From assembly GCA_963678065.2 (NCBI GenBank), contig CAXXVZ010000003.1, positions 2,048,001 to 2,112,000 on the forward strand: DNA of 64,000 nucleotides, in the 5' to 3' direction. The DNA is from Treponemataceae bacterium. Its GTDB lineage: Bacteria > Spirochaetota > Spirochaetia > Treponematales > Rectinemataceae. Numbering within the stretch: position 1 is the first letter of the stretch; every line of letters starts with the position of its first letter. The notes beneath the pieces were generated by a model, which saw nothing but the letters and a program-made list of their open reading frames with translations, was not told the DNA's origin and did not search any database. The position numbers and the translations under genes are program-made. Positions 47,825 to 58,059 of this stretch are shown here, piece after piece.

Positions 47825-50800
47825 ATGTCGGATACCAAGAACATGGTGATGATTGACGGCAACACCGCGGCTGCCCACGTAGCCCACGCGGTAAGCGAAG
47901 TCATCGCGATTTACCCGATCACCCCCTCCTCCCCCATGGGCGAGCTTTCAGATGAATACTCGGCTCAGGGCAGGAAGAACATCTGGGGCACGGTTCCCCA
48001 GGTGGTCGAAATGCAGTCCGAAGCCGGCGCCGCCGGCGCGGTCCACGGCTCTCTCACCACGGGAGCCCTCACTACTACCTTCACAGCCTCGCAGGGCCTC
48101 CTCCTCATGATCCCCAATATGTACAAGATCGCCGGCGAGTGTACCTCCACCGTGTTCCACATCGCGGCCCGCGCTATCGCGGCCCAGGCCCTCTCGATCT
48201 TCGGCGATCATCAGGACGTCATGGCTGCCCGCCAGACCGGATGGGCGATGCTCGCCTCCAACAATGTCCAGGAAGTCATGGACATGGCCCTCATCTCGCA
48301 CGCTGCCACACTCGAGGCGCGCGTTCCCTTCCTCCACTTCTTTGACGGCTTCCGCACCTCTCACGAAGTCCAGAAGGTCGAGGAGATCTCCTACGCCATC
48401 ATGCGGCAGATGATCTCCGACGAGCTCGTGCGCGCCCACCGCTCGCGTGGACTGTCCCCGGAAAGACCGAGCATCCGCGGCACCAGTCAGAACCCCGACG
48501 TCTACTTCACCGCGCGCGAGGCGGCCAACAATCTCTACACCGCCACGCCCGCCATCGTCCAGAAGGCGATGGATGCGTACGCGAGGCTCACCGGCCGCGC
48601 CTACAAACTCTTCGACTATGCCGGAGCTCCCGACGCCGAGCGCATAATCATCGTGATGGGATCGGGGGCCGACACCGTCGAGGAAGTCGTCTCCCACCTC
48701 ACCAAAAAAGGCGAGAAGGTCGGCGTAGTCAAAGTACATCTCTACCGTCCCTTCTCCGTCGAGCACTTCATGAAGGCGCTTCCCTCCACCGTGAAGTCCA
48801 TCGCGGTCCTCGACCGGACCAAGGAACCTGGCTCGATCGGCGAGCCTATGTACGAAGATGTGCGCACTGCCATCGGCGAGGCCCAGGGTTCCGGAAAGGC
48901 TCCCTTCAAGGGCTGGCCCACCGTCATCGGCGGCCGCTACGGTCTCGGCTCGGCCGAGTTCTATCCGAGCCACGCTCTCGCCGTCTTCGAAGAGCTCAAG
49001 AAGACCGAGCCCAAGAGCCACTTCACGGTCGGCATCAACGACGACGTTTCCGGCTCGAGCCTCTCCTACGATCCCGAGTTCCAGCTCGAAGACGACGGAG
49101 TCAAGGAGTGTCTCTTCTACGGACTGGGCTCCGACGGAACAGTCGGCGCCAACAAGAACTCCATCAAGATCATCGGCGACGAGACGGACAATTCCGCCCA
49201 GGGCTACTTCTTCTACGACTCCAAGAAGGCCGGCACCTACACCATCAGCCATCTCCGCTTCGGACCGAAACTGATCACCAAGCCCTATCTCATCGCCAAG
49301 GCCGACTTCCTTGCCTGCCACAAGTTCTCCTTCCTCGAGAAGCTGGACATGCTCGCCAACTCCAAGGTCGGCGGCGTATTCCTTCTCAACAGCCCTTACC
49401 CGGCTGACAAGGTATGGGACGAGATTCCCGCCGAAGTGCAGAAAACCATCATCGCCAAGAAGCTCCGATTCTATGTGGTAGACGGCATGGCGATCGCCGA
49501 GAAGGCCGGTATGGGCAACCGCATCAACACCATCATGCAGACCGCCTTCTTCAAGATTTCCGGCGTCCTACCCGAAGAAGAAGCACTCAGGCTGATCAAG
49601 AAATACACCGAGAAAACCTACGCCCGCAAAGGCGCCGACGTCGTCGCAAAGAACATCGCGGCCATCGATCTCGCCCTCAACCACATCCACGAGGTCAAGT
49701 ATCCTGCCCAGGTCACGAGCGCTCTCCACATGAAGAGCCCGGTTCCGGCCGACGCGCCCGCCTTCGTCAAGGAAGTCATCGGCGAAATGATCGCCGCCCG
49801 CGGTGAGTACCTGCCGGTTTCCAAGATGCCTCTCGACGGAACCTTCCCCTCCGGAACGACGAAGTACGAGAAGCGCAACATCGCCGAAAAGATCCCCGTC
49901 TGGAACAAGGACCTCTGCATCCAGTGCGGAAACTGCACCATGGTCTGTCCCCACGCCTGCATCCGTCTCAAGGCCTACGATGCCAAGTACCTCGAGGGCG
50001 CTCCCGCGACCTTCAAATCCGCCGACGCCAGGGGCAAGGAACTCGCCGGGCTCAAGGCCACCCTCCAGATCGCGCCGGAAGACTGCACCGGCTGCGGTGC
50101 CTGCGTGAATATCTGCCCCGCGCTCGACAAAGTCAACGCCGGCCGCAAGGCGATCAACCTCGAGCACCAGCTCCCGCTGCGCGAGACCGAGGCGAAGAAC
50201 TGGGACTGGTTCCTCGCGATCCCGAACACCGACGCCAAGCTTCTCAACCTGAGCACGCCCAAGGGTATCGCCATGAAGCAGCCCCTCTTCGAATTCTCCG
50301 GCGCCTGCGCCGGCTGCGGAGAGACTCCCTACATCAAGCTCATGACCCAGCTCTGCGGCGACCACGCCATCATCGGCAACGCCACCGGCTGTTCCTCCAT
50401 CTACGGTGGAAACCTGCCCACGACGCCCTACACCACCCGCGCCGACGGACGCGGTCCGGCATGGTCCAACTCTCTCTTCGAGGACGCGGCCGAGTTCGCA
50501 TACGGAATGCGTCTATCCTCCGACAAGATGGCCCAGTACTCCCGCGAGCTCGTAGCCGCCCACAAGGGCGCCGAGATCCCCGCGGCCCTCGCGGATGCCC
50601 TCCTCGCCAATCCCCAGGACTCCGAGGAAGCCATCGACGCACAGCGCGCCTCGGTCGCGGAGCTCAGGAAAGCCTGCCAGGCCATCGACGCCGAGTGGGC
50701 AAAGGAACTCGTCAACGTCGCCGACGGCCTCATCAGGAAGTCGGTGTGGGCATTCGGCGGCGACGGCTGGGCGTACGATATTGGTTTCGGCGGCCTGGAC

Positions 50801-51388
50801 CACGTCCTCGCCTCCGGACGCAACATCAACGTCCTCGTCATGGATACCGAGGTCTACTCGAACACCGGTGGCCAGATGTCCAAGTCGACGCCCTTCGGTG
50901 CGGTCGCCAAATTCGCCGCGGCCGGAAAGGATATCGGCAAGAAAGATCTCGGCATGATCGCGATGTCCTACGGCTACGTCTACGTCGCCTCAGTCGCCCT
51001 GGGCGCCAACATGACCCAGGCCATCAAGGCATTCCGCGAGGCGGAGAGCTACGACGGTCCTTCCCTCATCATCGCCTACAGCCACTGCGCGATGCACGGC
51101 ATCGACATGATGAAGGGCATGAACCAGCAGAAGCTTTCCGCCGAGGCGGGAATCTGGCCTCTCTATCGCTACGATCCCAGGCTCAAGGCCCAGGGGAAGA
51201 ATCCCTTCCAGCTCGACTCCAAAGAGCCTGATCTCTCCAAGATCGAGACCTTCATGTCGAGCGAGGTCCGGTTCAAGACCCTCGCCTTCTCCGATCCTGT
51301 CCGCGCCGCCGACCTCGCCGGCCGTGAGAAAGCCCTCGTCGAGCGCCGCTGGAAGGAATACAAGTACCTGAGCGAGCGGCCCTTTTAG
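47825..51388 (+). CDS. nifJ: pyruvate:ferredoxin (flavodoxin) oxidoreductase
   Basis: Start ATG 47825; YPITPSS, EMQSEAGAAG, two CxxCxxCxxxCP motifs, GACAGCGE, GGDGWAYDIG; 1187 aa. Confidence 0.97.
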   Translation: MSDTKNMVMIDGNTAAAHVAHAVSEVIAIYPITPSSPMGELSDEYSAQGRKNIWGTVPQVVEMQSEAGAAGAVHGSLTTGALTTTFTASQGLLLMIPNMYKIAGECTSTVFHIAARAIAAQALSIFGDHQDVMAARQTGWAMLASNNVQEVMDMALISHAATLEARVPFLHFFDGFRTSHEVQKVEEISYAIMRQMISDELVRAHRSRGLSPERPSIRGTSQNPDVYFTAREAANNLYTATPAIVQKAMDAYARLTGRAYKLFDYAGAPDAERIIIVMGSGADTVEEVVSHLTKKGEKVGVVKVHLYRPFSVEHFMKALPSTVKSIAVLDRTKEPGSIGEPMYEDVRTAIGEAQGSGKAPFKGWPTVIGGRYGLGSAEFYPSHALAVFEELKKTEPKSHFTVGINDDVSGSSLSYDPEFQLEDDGVKECLFYGLGSDGTVGANKNSIKIIGDETDNSAQGYFFYDSKKAGTYTISHLRFGPKLITKPYLIAKADFLACHKFSFLEKLDMLANSKVGGVFLLNSPYPADKVWDEIPAEVQKTIIAKKLRFYVVDGMAIAEKAGMGNRINTIMQTAFFKISGVLPEEEALRLIKKYTEKTYARKGADVVAKNIAAIDLALNHIHEVKYPAQVTSALHMKSPVPADAPAFVKEVIGEMIAARGEYLPVSKMPLDGTFPSGTTKYEKRNIAEKIPVWNKDLCIQCGNCTMVCPHACIRLKAYDAKYLEGAPATFKSADARGKELAGLKATLQIAPEDCTGCGACVNICPALDKVNAGRKAINLEHQLPLRETEAKNWDWFLAIPNTDAKLLNLSTPKGIAMKQPLFEFSGACAGCGETPYIKLMTQLCGDHAIIGNATGCSSIYGGNLPTTPYTTRADGRGPAWSNSLFEDAAEFAYGMRLSSDKMAQYSRELVAAHKGAEIPAALADALLANPQDSEEAIDAQRASVAELRKACQAIDAEWAKELVNVADGLIRKSVWAFGGDGWAYDIGFGGLDHVLASGRNINVLVMDTEVYSNTGGQMSKSTPFGAVAKFAAAGKDIGKKDLGMIAMSYGYVYVASVALGANMTQAIKAFREAESYDGPSLIIAYSHCAMHGIDMMKGMNQQKLSAEAGIWPLYRYDPRLKAQGKNPFQLDSKEPDLSKIETFMSSEVRFKTLAFSDPVRAADLAGREKALVERRWKEYKYLSERPF

Positions 51389-51571
51389 GGACGTGAGCGA
51401 AGGTAAAGCCTGAGCGAGCGGCCCTTTTAGGGACGTGAGCGAAGGTAAAGCCTGAGCGAGCGGCCCTTTTAGGGACGTGAGCGAAGGTAAAGCCTGAGCG
51501 AGCGGCCCTTTTAGGGACGTGAGCGAAGGTAAAGCCTGAGCGAGCGGCCCTTTTAGGGACGTGAGCGAAGG
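51367..51571 (+). repeat. 42-bp perfect tandem repeat, ~4.9 copies, overlapping the nifJ stop
   Basis: Unit cctgagcgagcggcccttttagggacgtgagcgaaggtaaag at 51367, 51409, 51451 and 51493, partial at 51535. Confidence 0.97.
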
Positions 51572-51664
51572 CGTAATTCGTCCGGGCGTCGGTTTCAGGG
51601 CCGCGCGGACGGAGAAAAAACCGCCTGGGGCCCGAACGCGGTTCCGGGAGAATGTGCAAATGGT

Positions 51665-51700
51665 GAAAAGGGGTCGGCAATTGCCGGCCCCTTTCTTTTT
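51665..51700 (+). terminator. intrinsic terminator after nifJ
   Basis: gaaaaggggtcggc-aatt-gccggcccctttc-ttttt. Confidence 0.8.
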
Positions 51701-52085
51701 ACGGTCAGGCGGTATGGATTGGGCGCGGGTTTTATGCCTCATCCGCCATACCTTCGCCGAAGCACGCAGGGGATCGTGGCTCTCCGGCGGCCTTTCCTGC
51801 GCGAGGGATCGGAGCGGAAATCCGCCCGACGCTCAGCGGCATGACCGCCCGGGCTCCTCCGGAGACCGGGCAGGCGGGATGGTCAGGCGTCGGGCGCATT
51901 GAAGCGGAGAGCCCGACGGCGCGGCGCAGGTCGCCGGGGCGCCGGGAGAAATGACTGTCACATGTTCCGGACTGCGTGGATGGGCGCCGCGACGGCGCGC
52001 CCGGCAAAAAAATAGTGAATTACCCTCGTCCTGGATTGCCATCCCGATTTCGGTACAAATATATTGACTGGTACAGGAGCGCCGC

Positions 52086-53273
52086 ATGAATGTTGTCATA
52101 ATCGGCAATGGTGTTGCCGGAATCTCGGTAGCGAAGGAATTGAGACTGCGGGAGGGCGACCCGGGGCGGCTTGCGATCACGGTCATCGCGCACGAGTCCT
52201 ATGACTATTACGCGAGGATCCGTCTGCCGGAGGTATTCGGAGGCGGGGCACTGGGGGCGGAACTTCTCGCGCTGTACAAGCCCGGATGGTACGCGGAAAA
52301 ATCTATCGCCGTGAAGCTGGGGCAGGACGTCGTCGCGATCGACGCGGAGAGGAGACAACTCGTTCTGTCATCGGGGGCGGAAATTTCTTTCGATGCACTC
52401 GTCCTCGCCGTGGGCGCCGATCCGGTGAGACCTGAAATACCTGGCGCCTATCTTCCCGGCGTTTTCACCGTGCGGGAGTACGACGACGCCGCCAGGGTCC
52501 GCAGATCGGTGGAGAGGGATCCCGCCTCCGCCGTGGTCGTGGGCGGCGGGCTTCTCGGGCTGGAGGCGGCGCGGCATCTGGGCGATTTCGGCGTGCACAA
52601 GCTAACCGTACTCGAAGTGGCCACACGTCTCCTGCCGCGACAGATGGACGAGGGAGGAGCGGCGGCGCTCACGGAGGCTTTCCGAGCAATGGGGATCGAA
52701 GTCGCGACGGGTGTCCGCGTGGCGCGTTTCGCGGGTACGGACAGGGTGGAGGCCGTTGAACTTGAGGATGGGCGGAGCGTTCCGGCCGCGACGGTCGTGC
52801 TCTCCATGGGGGTCAGGCCCCGGACCGGGCTCGCAAAAGCCGCCGGCCTCGCCACCGCGCGGGGTATCGTCGTGGATGACTTCCTCAGGACGAACTGCCC
52901 CGGAATCTTTGCGCTCGGAGATTGCGCGGAGCACCATGCCATTTCCCTCGGAATAATCCCGGCGGCCCTGGAACAGGCCCCAGTCTGCGCCGCGGCTATC
53001 CTTGGCGACCTCCTCCATCCCTACAAGGGGACTGTGCCCTCCAACACCCTGAAGGTGGCGGGGCTGGATGTGTTTTCGGCGGGTATCGTGGAGCGCAAGG
53101 AAGGCGACGGCTGCGAGGAAATTCTCGCAAAAACTCCCGCGGGCCGCTACGAACGGTACCTTTTGCGCGACGGAGTCTTGGTGGGCGCGATCGTCATCGG
53201 ATCGAAGGAGAGGGCGCGGGCCGCGGCGCGCATGATGGGTAAGATAGTGGAACGGGAACTGAGGGAACCTTGA
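52086..53273 (+). CDS. FAD/NAD(P)-dependent oxidoreductase (NADH:rubredoxin oxidoreductase/NirB N-terminal-like)
   Basis: IGNGVAG, GGGLLGLEAA, RLLPRQMD, FALGDCAE, TLKVAG. Confidence 0.88.
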   Translation: MNVVIIGNGVAGISVAKELRLREGDPGRLAITVIAHESYDYYARIRLPEVFGGGALGAELLALYKPGWYAEKSIAVKLGQDVVAIDAERRQLVLSSGAEISFDALVLAVGADPVRPEIPGAYLPGVFTVREYDDAARVRRSVERDPASAVVVGGGLLGLEAARHLGDFGVHKLTVLEVATRLLPRQMDEGGAAALTEAFRAMGIEVATGVRVARFAGTDRVEAVELEDGRSVPAATVVLSMGVRPRTGLAKAAGLATARGIVVDDFLRTNCPGIFALGDCAEHHAISLGIIPAALEQAPVCAAAILGDLLHPYKGTVPSNTLKVAGLDVFSAGIVERKEGDGCEEILAKTPAGRYERYLLRDGVLVGAIVIGSKERARAAARMMGKIVERELREP

Positions 53274-53389
53274 GCGCCTTCTCGCTTGAGATTGCAGAAA
53301 AATCGTCTCAGGCGCGATATGATTGACGTGGAGCACATTCCGGAGACCGGTCTGTGCGCTATTCTATGCCTGAAAGGGCGGGAGACGAG

Positions 53390-53698
53390 ATGAAATCGAA
53401 AAAGGCTCTGATGGGAGCGCTGTTGGCGCTGGCTCTGGTACTGCTTCTTTCTTCCTGCCTTCCGGGAGACGGAAGGAACACTGTCGAAAAACCAGCCGGC
53501 TTCTGGACGGGTATCTGGCACGGCTGGGTCGCTCCTGTCTCTCTGGTAGTGGGCATCTTCAACAAAAATGTCCGGATCTACGAGCAGGCGAACACGGGAT
53601 GGTGGTACGATCTCGGTTTTTACATGGCTGTCATCTCGGGATTCGGCGGGCTCGCATTCTCGCGCAAGTCCGCAAAAATGCGCCGAAAGGGAAACTAG
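53390..53698 (+). CDS. small membrane lipoprotein, hypothetical
   Basis: LSSC lipobox; AGFW.GIWHG, IYE..NTGWWYDLGF. Confidence 0.75.
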   Translation: MKSKKALMGALLALALVLLLSSCLPGDGRNTVEKPAGFWTGIWHGWVAPVSLVVGIFNKNVRIYEQANTGWWYDLGFYMAVISGFGGLAFSRKSAKMRRKGN

Positions 53699-53709
53699 GG
53701 CCGGGCAGT

Positions 53710-53757
53710 GCGCGGGGCAGGAGGAAGTGCAGTGCCTCCCACCTCCTGCCCCGCGCC
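53710..53757. terminator. hairpin between convergent genes
   Basis: gcgcggggcaggagg...cctcctgccccgcgc. Confidence 0.55.
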
Positions 53758-53780
53758 GCCCGACTTTCAGCCTTCACAGC

Positions 53781-54161
53781 TCAACGCGAGGCGATCATCT
53801 CGATCTCGATCGCGGCCCCGCGGGGAAGCCCCGCCACGGCTATAGTCGAGCGTGAGGGGTAGGGTGCGGAAAATTTGGTCGCGTAGACTGCGTTCATCGC
53901 GTCGAAATCGGCCATGTCGGTCAGGAACACAGTCACCTTGACGACATTGGCCTCGTCCAGGCCCGCCGCCTTGAGGACGGAAAACAGATTTCTGAAGCAC
54001 TGCTCGGTCTGGGCGCCGATATCGCCCGTCACGAGAGTTTTGGTTTCAGGATCGAAGGGCGTCTGTCCCGAGAGGAACACGAGCCCCGCCCCGCCCTCCA
54101 CAGCCTGGGAATACGGTCCCACGGTCACCGCGTTTTTCGCCGCAAAAGATTTTCTGGTCAT
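53781..54161 (-). CDS. RidA family enamine/imine deaminase
   Basis: GPYSQAV, SGQ, VVKVTVFL.DM.DF..MN, PSRS, EIE. Confidence 0.92.
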   Translation of the reverse strand: MTRKSFAAKNAVTVGPYSQAVEGGAGLVFLSGQTPFDPETKTLVTGDIGAQTEQCFRNLFSVLKAAGLDEANVVKVTVFLTDMADFDAMNAVYATKFSAPYPSRSTIAVAGLPRGAAIEIEMIASR

Positions 54162-54293
54162 GGCTGGCCCCCTTCCGGTTTCGTACATATATCGTCATAC
54201 TTGAATGTGTGCTCCTCCACTACGCAACCTGCGCAGCCATGGAGGCGTACCGACGATTCTATCATAGATGCCTGGAAAGGCACAGGAGACGAC

Positions 54294-55289
54294 ATGGAAC
54301 CGGTCAGATGGGGTATCCTTCCCGTATCCAAACACTTTGAACTCCGGGTGGCGCAGCCTCTGGGAGCCCTCGCCGAGGCCCAGATCACTGCGGTCGCCTC
54401 GCGCGACGGCGGCAAGGCCCACGCAGCTGGCATCCGGTACAAGGCGAAGAAGGCTTTCGGATCTTACGACGAGCTTCTCGCCGATCCCGATGTCGAGGCG
54501 GTCTATATTTCCCTTCCGAACGACATGCACGCCGAGTGGAGCGTCCGCGCGCTCGAGGCGGGCAAGCACGTTCTCTGCGAAAAGCCATTCAGCCTCGACG
54601 CGAAGCAGGTGGCCACGACAGCGACGGCCGCCGGACGCTCGGGAAAGCTGTTGATGGAAGCTTTCATGTACCGCTTCCACCCACAGTGGCAGAGGGTCAG
54701 GCAGGCGGTAGAATGCGGCGAGATCGGCAAAATACTGGCGACACACTCTTTCTTCAGTTTTTCCAACACGGATCCGGCAAACATACGCAACAAGAAGGAA
54801 GCAGGAGGGGGCGCTCTGTTCGACATCGGATGTTACGCCGTGAGCTCGGCGCGCTTCGTCATGGGACGGGAGCCGCTTTGCGCCATGAGCCTGATGTCGC
54901 GTGACAAGGTTTTCGGAACGGATATGCTGTCCTCGGGCATTCTCGATTTCGGGACAGCGAGATCGACCTTCTCCGTGTCTACTCAGGCGTTTTCTTTCCA
55001 GAGGATGGAAATCCTCGGCTCCGGCGGACGGATCTCCGTTATCCTTCCCTTCAATGCCTATCCTGATGTCCCCCTCGAGCTCGAAATTGTCAACGGGGTC
55101 GGAACCAGGACCTACCGGAGTCCCGCGGTGGATCAGTACGGGCTCATGTTCCAGGCCGTGTCGATGGCGATCCGCTCGGGGACTCCTGCGCCGACACCCA
55201 TGTCCGACGCAGTAGCGAACCAGGCGGTGCTCGATGCCCTCTTCGCATCGGAGTCGAGCGGAAACTGGGAATCGGTGAAAGAGGTCTGA
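54294..55289 (+). CDS. Gfo/Idh/MocA family oxidoreductase
   Basis: YISLPN.MH, GKHVLCEKP, MEAFMYRFHPQW, GGGALFDIGCY. Confidence 0.92.
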   Translation: MEPVRWGILPVSKHFELRVAQPLGALAEAQITAVASRDGGKAHAAGIRYKAKKAFGSYDELLADPDVEAVYISLPNDMHAEWSVRALEAGKHVLCEKPFSLDAKQVATTATAAGRSGKLLMEAFMYRFHPQWQRVRQAVECGEIGKILATHSFFSFSNTDPANIRNKKEAGGGALFDIGCYAVSSARFVMGREPLCAMSLMSRDKVFGTDMLSSGILDFGTARSTFSVSTQAFSFQRMEILGSGGRISVILPFNAYPDVPLELEIVNGVGTRTYRSPAVDQYGLMFQAVSMAIRSGTPAPTPMSDAVANQAVLDALFASESSGNWESVKEV

Positions 55290-55422
55290 TCCAAAACAGG
55301 GAAGAGATGAACTGCCTCGGCCCCGCATGCGAATCAGTTTTTCGGACGAATCGAGCCCTGCCTCTTCGACCCGCCAGAGGAGGAGGATCGTCGGGGCCCG
55401 GCGGAGGCGCGGGCAGGAAGTC

Positions 55423-55629
55423 TCAGGACTTTTTCTTTCTCGTAGAAAAGTTGAAGGGAAGGTAGAGGGGACAGAATGCGTTGATCGCATTGAGCGCAAA
55501 AGACGCGGCCAGAATGAGAAGGATGATGGCGAAGGTTCCGTGCACGATTCCGAAGGTGACGATGAGGACAAATATGGCGGCGAAGAACATCCGTATGACG
55601 CGATCGACTTTCCCCATGTTCTTTTTCAT
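55423..55629 (-). CDS. DUF2892 (YgaP-like) small membrane protein
   Basis: MKKNMG.VDR.IR, two TM segments, FCPLY.PF..ST. Confidence 0.85.
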   Translation of the reverse strand: MKKNMGKVDRVIRMFFAAIFVLIVTFGIVHGTFAIILLILAASFALNAINAFCPLYLPFNFSTRKKKS

Positions 55630-56522
55630 CTGTCCTCCGGATCGAAGGTCTCCACCTCGGCGCGCGTGGGGATGGAAGGCTGTGCTCCCGGCCTTCCGAC
55701 ACAGATGGCGGCGGCGCGGGTCGCGGTAGTGAGTGCGGTGAGAACATCTTTCCCCTCCAGTATGTCGGCGAGGAAAAATCCGGTAAAACAGTCTCCCGCG
55801 GCCGTCGTGTCGACGACCTTGACCTTGAGAGCCGGAACCTGAAGCGAGGAGCCATTCCGCCCCTCGTACCGGACCCCCTGGTCTCCCAGCGTGAGCACGA
55901 TTTCGGTGGCGGGGAATTTCCCGCGGAGAAGGCCCGCGATGCTCTCCACATCGGATGAGCCTGTCAGGGCTTGCCCTTCAGTCTCGTTGAGGATGAGCCA
56001 GTCCGCGCGGCCCACAGGCAGGGAAAGAAGCGATTCGGTGACGGGAGAAGGATTCAGCACGATAGTGAGACCCCGTCGGCCGGCTTCGGCGAGGGCGTAG
56101 TCCATTGAGGATATCTCGTTCTGGAATACCACCATGTCGCCTGAGCCCCAGCCTTCCAGGAAGGAGTCGATGTCGGCCGGGCGTATATCCTTGTTGGCGC
56201 CGGGGGCAAGGAGGATGCAGTTCTGTCCGTCATCCTGAACCTGGATGATCGCGCGGCCCGTCGGGATGCCCGAAACGGCCACCCGCGATGTGTCGACGCC
56301 CGCCCCGGCGAGGGCGTCGAGGATGAAGCGCCCATCCTCTCCGATCTTGCCGGCGAAATACACTTCGGCGCCAGCCCGCGCGAGGGCCATGGCCTGATTG
56401 TCGCCCTTGCCGCCGACATGGCGGGCGTAGGATCGGCATGAAATGGTTTCTCCCGGCCGGACAAACTGTCCGACCGCGAACACGTCGTCGATGTTGATCG
56501 ATCCGATGATAAGAACCCGCAT
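55626..56522 (-). CDS. rbsK: ribokinase
   Basis: GSINID, PGET, GGKG.NQA, QNEI, NETE, DTTAAGD. Confidence 0.88.
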   Translation of the reverse strand: MRVLIIGSINIDDVFAVGQFVRPGETISCRSYARHVGGKGDNQAMALARAGAEVYFAGKIGEDGRFILDALAGAGVDTSRVAVSGIPTGRAIIQVQDDGQNCILLAPGANKDIRPADIDSFLEGWGSGDMVVFQNEISSMDYALAEAGRRGLTIVLNPSPVTESLLSLPVGRADWLILNETEGQALTGSSDVESIAGLLRGKFPATEIVLTLGDQGVRYEGRNGSSLQVPALKVKVVDTTAAGDCFTGFFLADILEGKDVLTALTTATRAAAICVGRPGAQPSIPTRAEVETFDPEDR

Positions 56523-56571
56523 CTTTCACCCCTCTCCTTCAGAATTCTCAGTGCTGCCCGGCTGCCGGGAA

Positions 56572-57549
56572 TCAGGAGATGCCCGTGAGGGCCTGGATGT
56601 ACTGGAAGCGCAGATGGGCTGAGGGATCCTCGGCCTTCCACTGTGCGAAACGGCCGCGGAGGGAATCGATGCCGTCGATCCCGAGGCTGTCGAGCCGCGC
56701 GGAGATCGCGGCGCTCATGAGGGAGGCCACGGAGTAGCCTTTCTGGTAGACGACGGAACAGAGCTGCACGGCACTGGCCCCGGCCGCCACGAGCTTGAGC
56801 GCGGCTTCCGCGTCATGGATCCCCGAAGAGGCCGCGAACTGGCAGGGAACACGCTCGTAGAGGACGGAAATCCAGCGGAGGCTGTCGTGGTATTCGCTTC
56901 CCGAACTGCGGATGTGGCCGGGGACCGGCTTCATCGTCGAGAGTTCGAGATCGAGACTGTAGAACCTGTTGAAGAGGACGAGGCTGTCGGCGCCGATTCT
57001 GGCCAGCCGGGCGGCAAGGGCGGCGAGACTTGTCCAGGAAGAGCCCAGCTTGACCGAGAGAGGAAGGCCTGTACGGCTTTTCGCTGTGCTGACGAGAGAA
57101 TAGAGGCGATCTTCGACTGAGCGGGGATCTTCGTCGGTGGAGGAGGCGAGGAATCCGGCGTTGAGTTCGAGGGCCTTCGCTCCAGCCTCGGCGATGCGTT
57201 CGGCAAAATCACCCCACTGGGTCTCGCCGATGCAATTGATGCTCGCGATGACGGGGATACCTGCTTTGGATGACTCTCTCACAAGGGCGGCATAATCGTC
57301 GATGCCCTCCTGCATGCCGGCTCTTCCGAGAAACTGTCCTGCCTCGGCATGAGAGAAGTCGAGACTGGACCCGATCGACGCGATTTCGGCTTTCAGTTGC
57401 TCTTCGAAAAGGGATTTGAGGACGACAGCGCCGAAACCGCCCTCCGCGGCTTTCCGCACTCCCTCGGGGGTGGAAGAAAGACTGCTCGCTGCGAGAACCA
57501 GAGGATTCGCGAGTCTCTGGCCAAGCCAGGTCGTAGAAAGATCTGCCAT
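56572..57549 (-). CDS. dihydroorotate dehydrogenase-like protein
   Basis: LANPLV.A.S, AVVLKSLFEEQ, VIASIN, VLFNRFY; lacks the canonical ELNxSCP. Confidence 0.85.
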   Translation of the reverse strand: MADLSTTWLGQRLANPLVLAASSLSSTPEGVRKAAEGGFGAVVLKSLFEEQLKAEIASIGSSLDFSHAEAGQFLGRAGMQEGIDDYAALVRESSKAGIPVIASINCIGETQWGDFAERIAEAGAKALELNAGFLASSTDEDPRSVEDRLYSLVSTAKSRTGLPLSVKLGSSWTSLAALAARLARIGADSLVLFNRFYSLDLELSTMKPVPGHIRSSGSEYHDSLRWISVLYERVPCQFAASSGIHDAEAALKLVAAGASAVQLCSVVYQKGYSVASLMSAAISARLDSLGIDGIDSLRGRFAQWKAEDPSAHLRFQYIQALTGIS

Positions 57550-57624
57550 ATCTTCACCTTCCTTTTATTGTCGATGTGTCGGGTCCGGAGCGTCGGTCAT
57601 GGCGCGATGGCGTCAGAGTCACCG

Positions 57625-58059
57625 CTAGCTGGAACAGGGGGCCGCAATCTCATTCATACGCCTGAGGCGGCGCGAAAGGTCGCGGGCGAGATTCATCATC
57701 ATTATGGCGAAGGATTTCTGGTCCGTCTTGAAAATCTCGTGGACAGCCCGGTTGCTGATCGTCCCCACGGTTGTCGGGACGAGTGCCCTGACTGTAGCGG
57801 CGGCGGGCATGATATCCAAGAGCTCCATTTCGCCGACCGTCTCGCCCTCGCCCAGCACTATCAGGACGACGCCATCCTTGACAACCTCGACTTTGCCTTC
57901 GAGTATGAAAAAAATGCTGTCGTTGGGCTTGTTCTGGGAGATCAGGACTTCGCCGGCCGCGTATGTCCGGCTGCCGATGAGGGGTCGTATACGGTCGATA
58001 TCCTGGGTAAGAAGTCCACCGAAGAGTGAGTATTTCTGCAGCGAGGCGGATTCTACCAT
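57625..58059 (-). CDS. stand-alone cyclic-nucleotide-binding domain protein
   Basis: FFILEGKVEV, GETVGEM.LLD..P..ATVRA. Confidence 0.85.
   Translation of the reverse strand: MVESASLQKYSLFGGLLTQDIDRIRPLIGSRTYAAGEVLISQNKPNDSIFFILEGKVEVVKDGVVLIVLGEGETVGEMELLDIMPAAATVRALVPTTVGTISNRAVHEIFKTDQKSFAIMMMNLARDLSRRLRRMNEIAAPCSS

Noticed and set aside
51367..51571. CRISPR array
   Set aside because: The units are identical end to end with no unique spacers, and there are no cas genes in the window
50990..51742. Minus-strand ORFs with 14-aa repeats (LPSLTSLKGPLAQA / FTFAHVPKRAARSG)
   Set aside because: A by-product of the 42-bp repeat; antisense to nifJ, with no RBS or family motif
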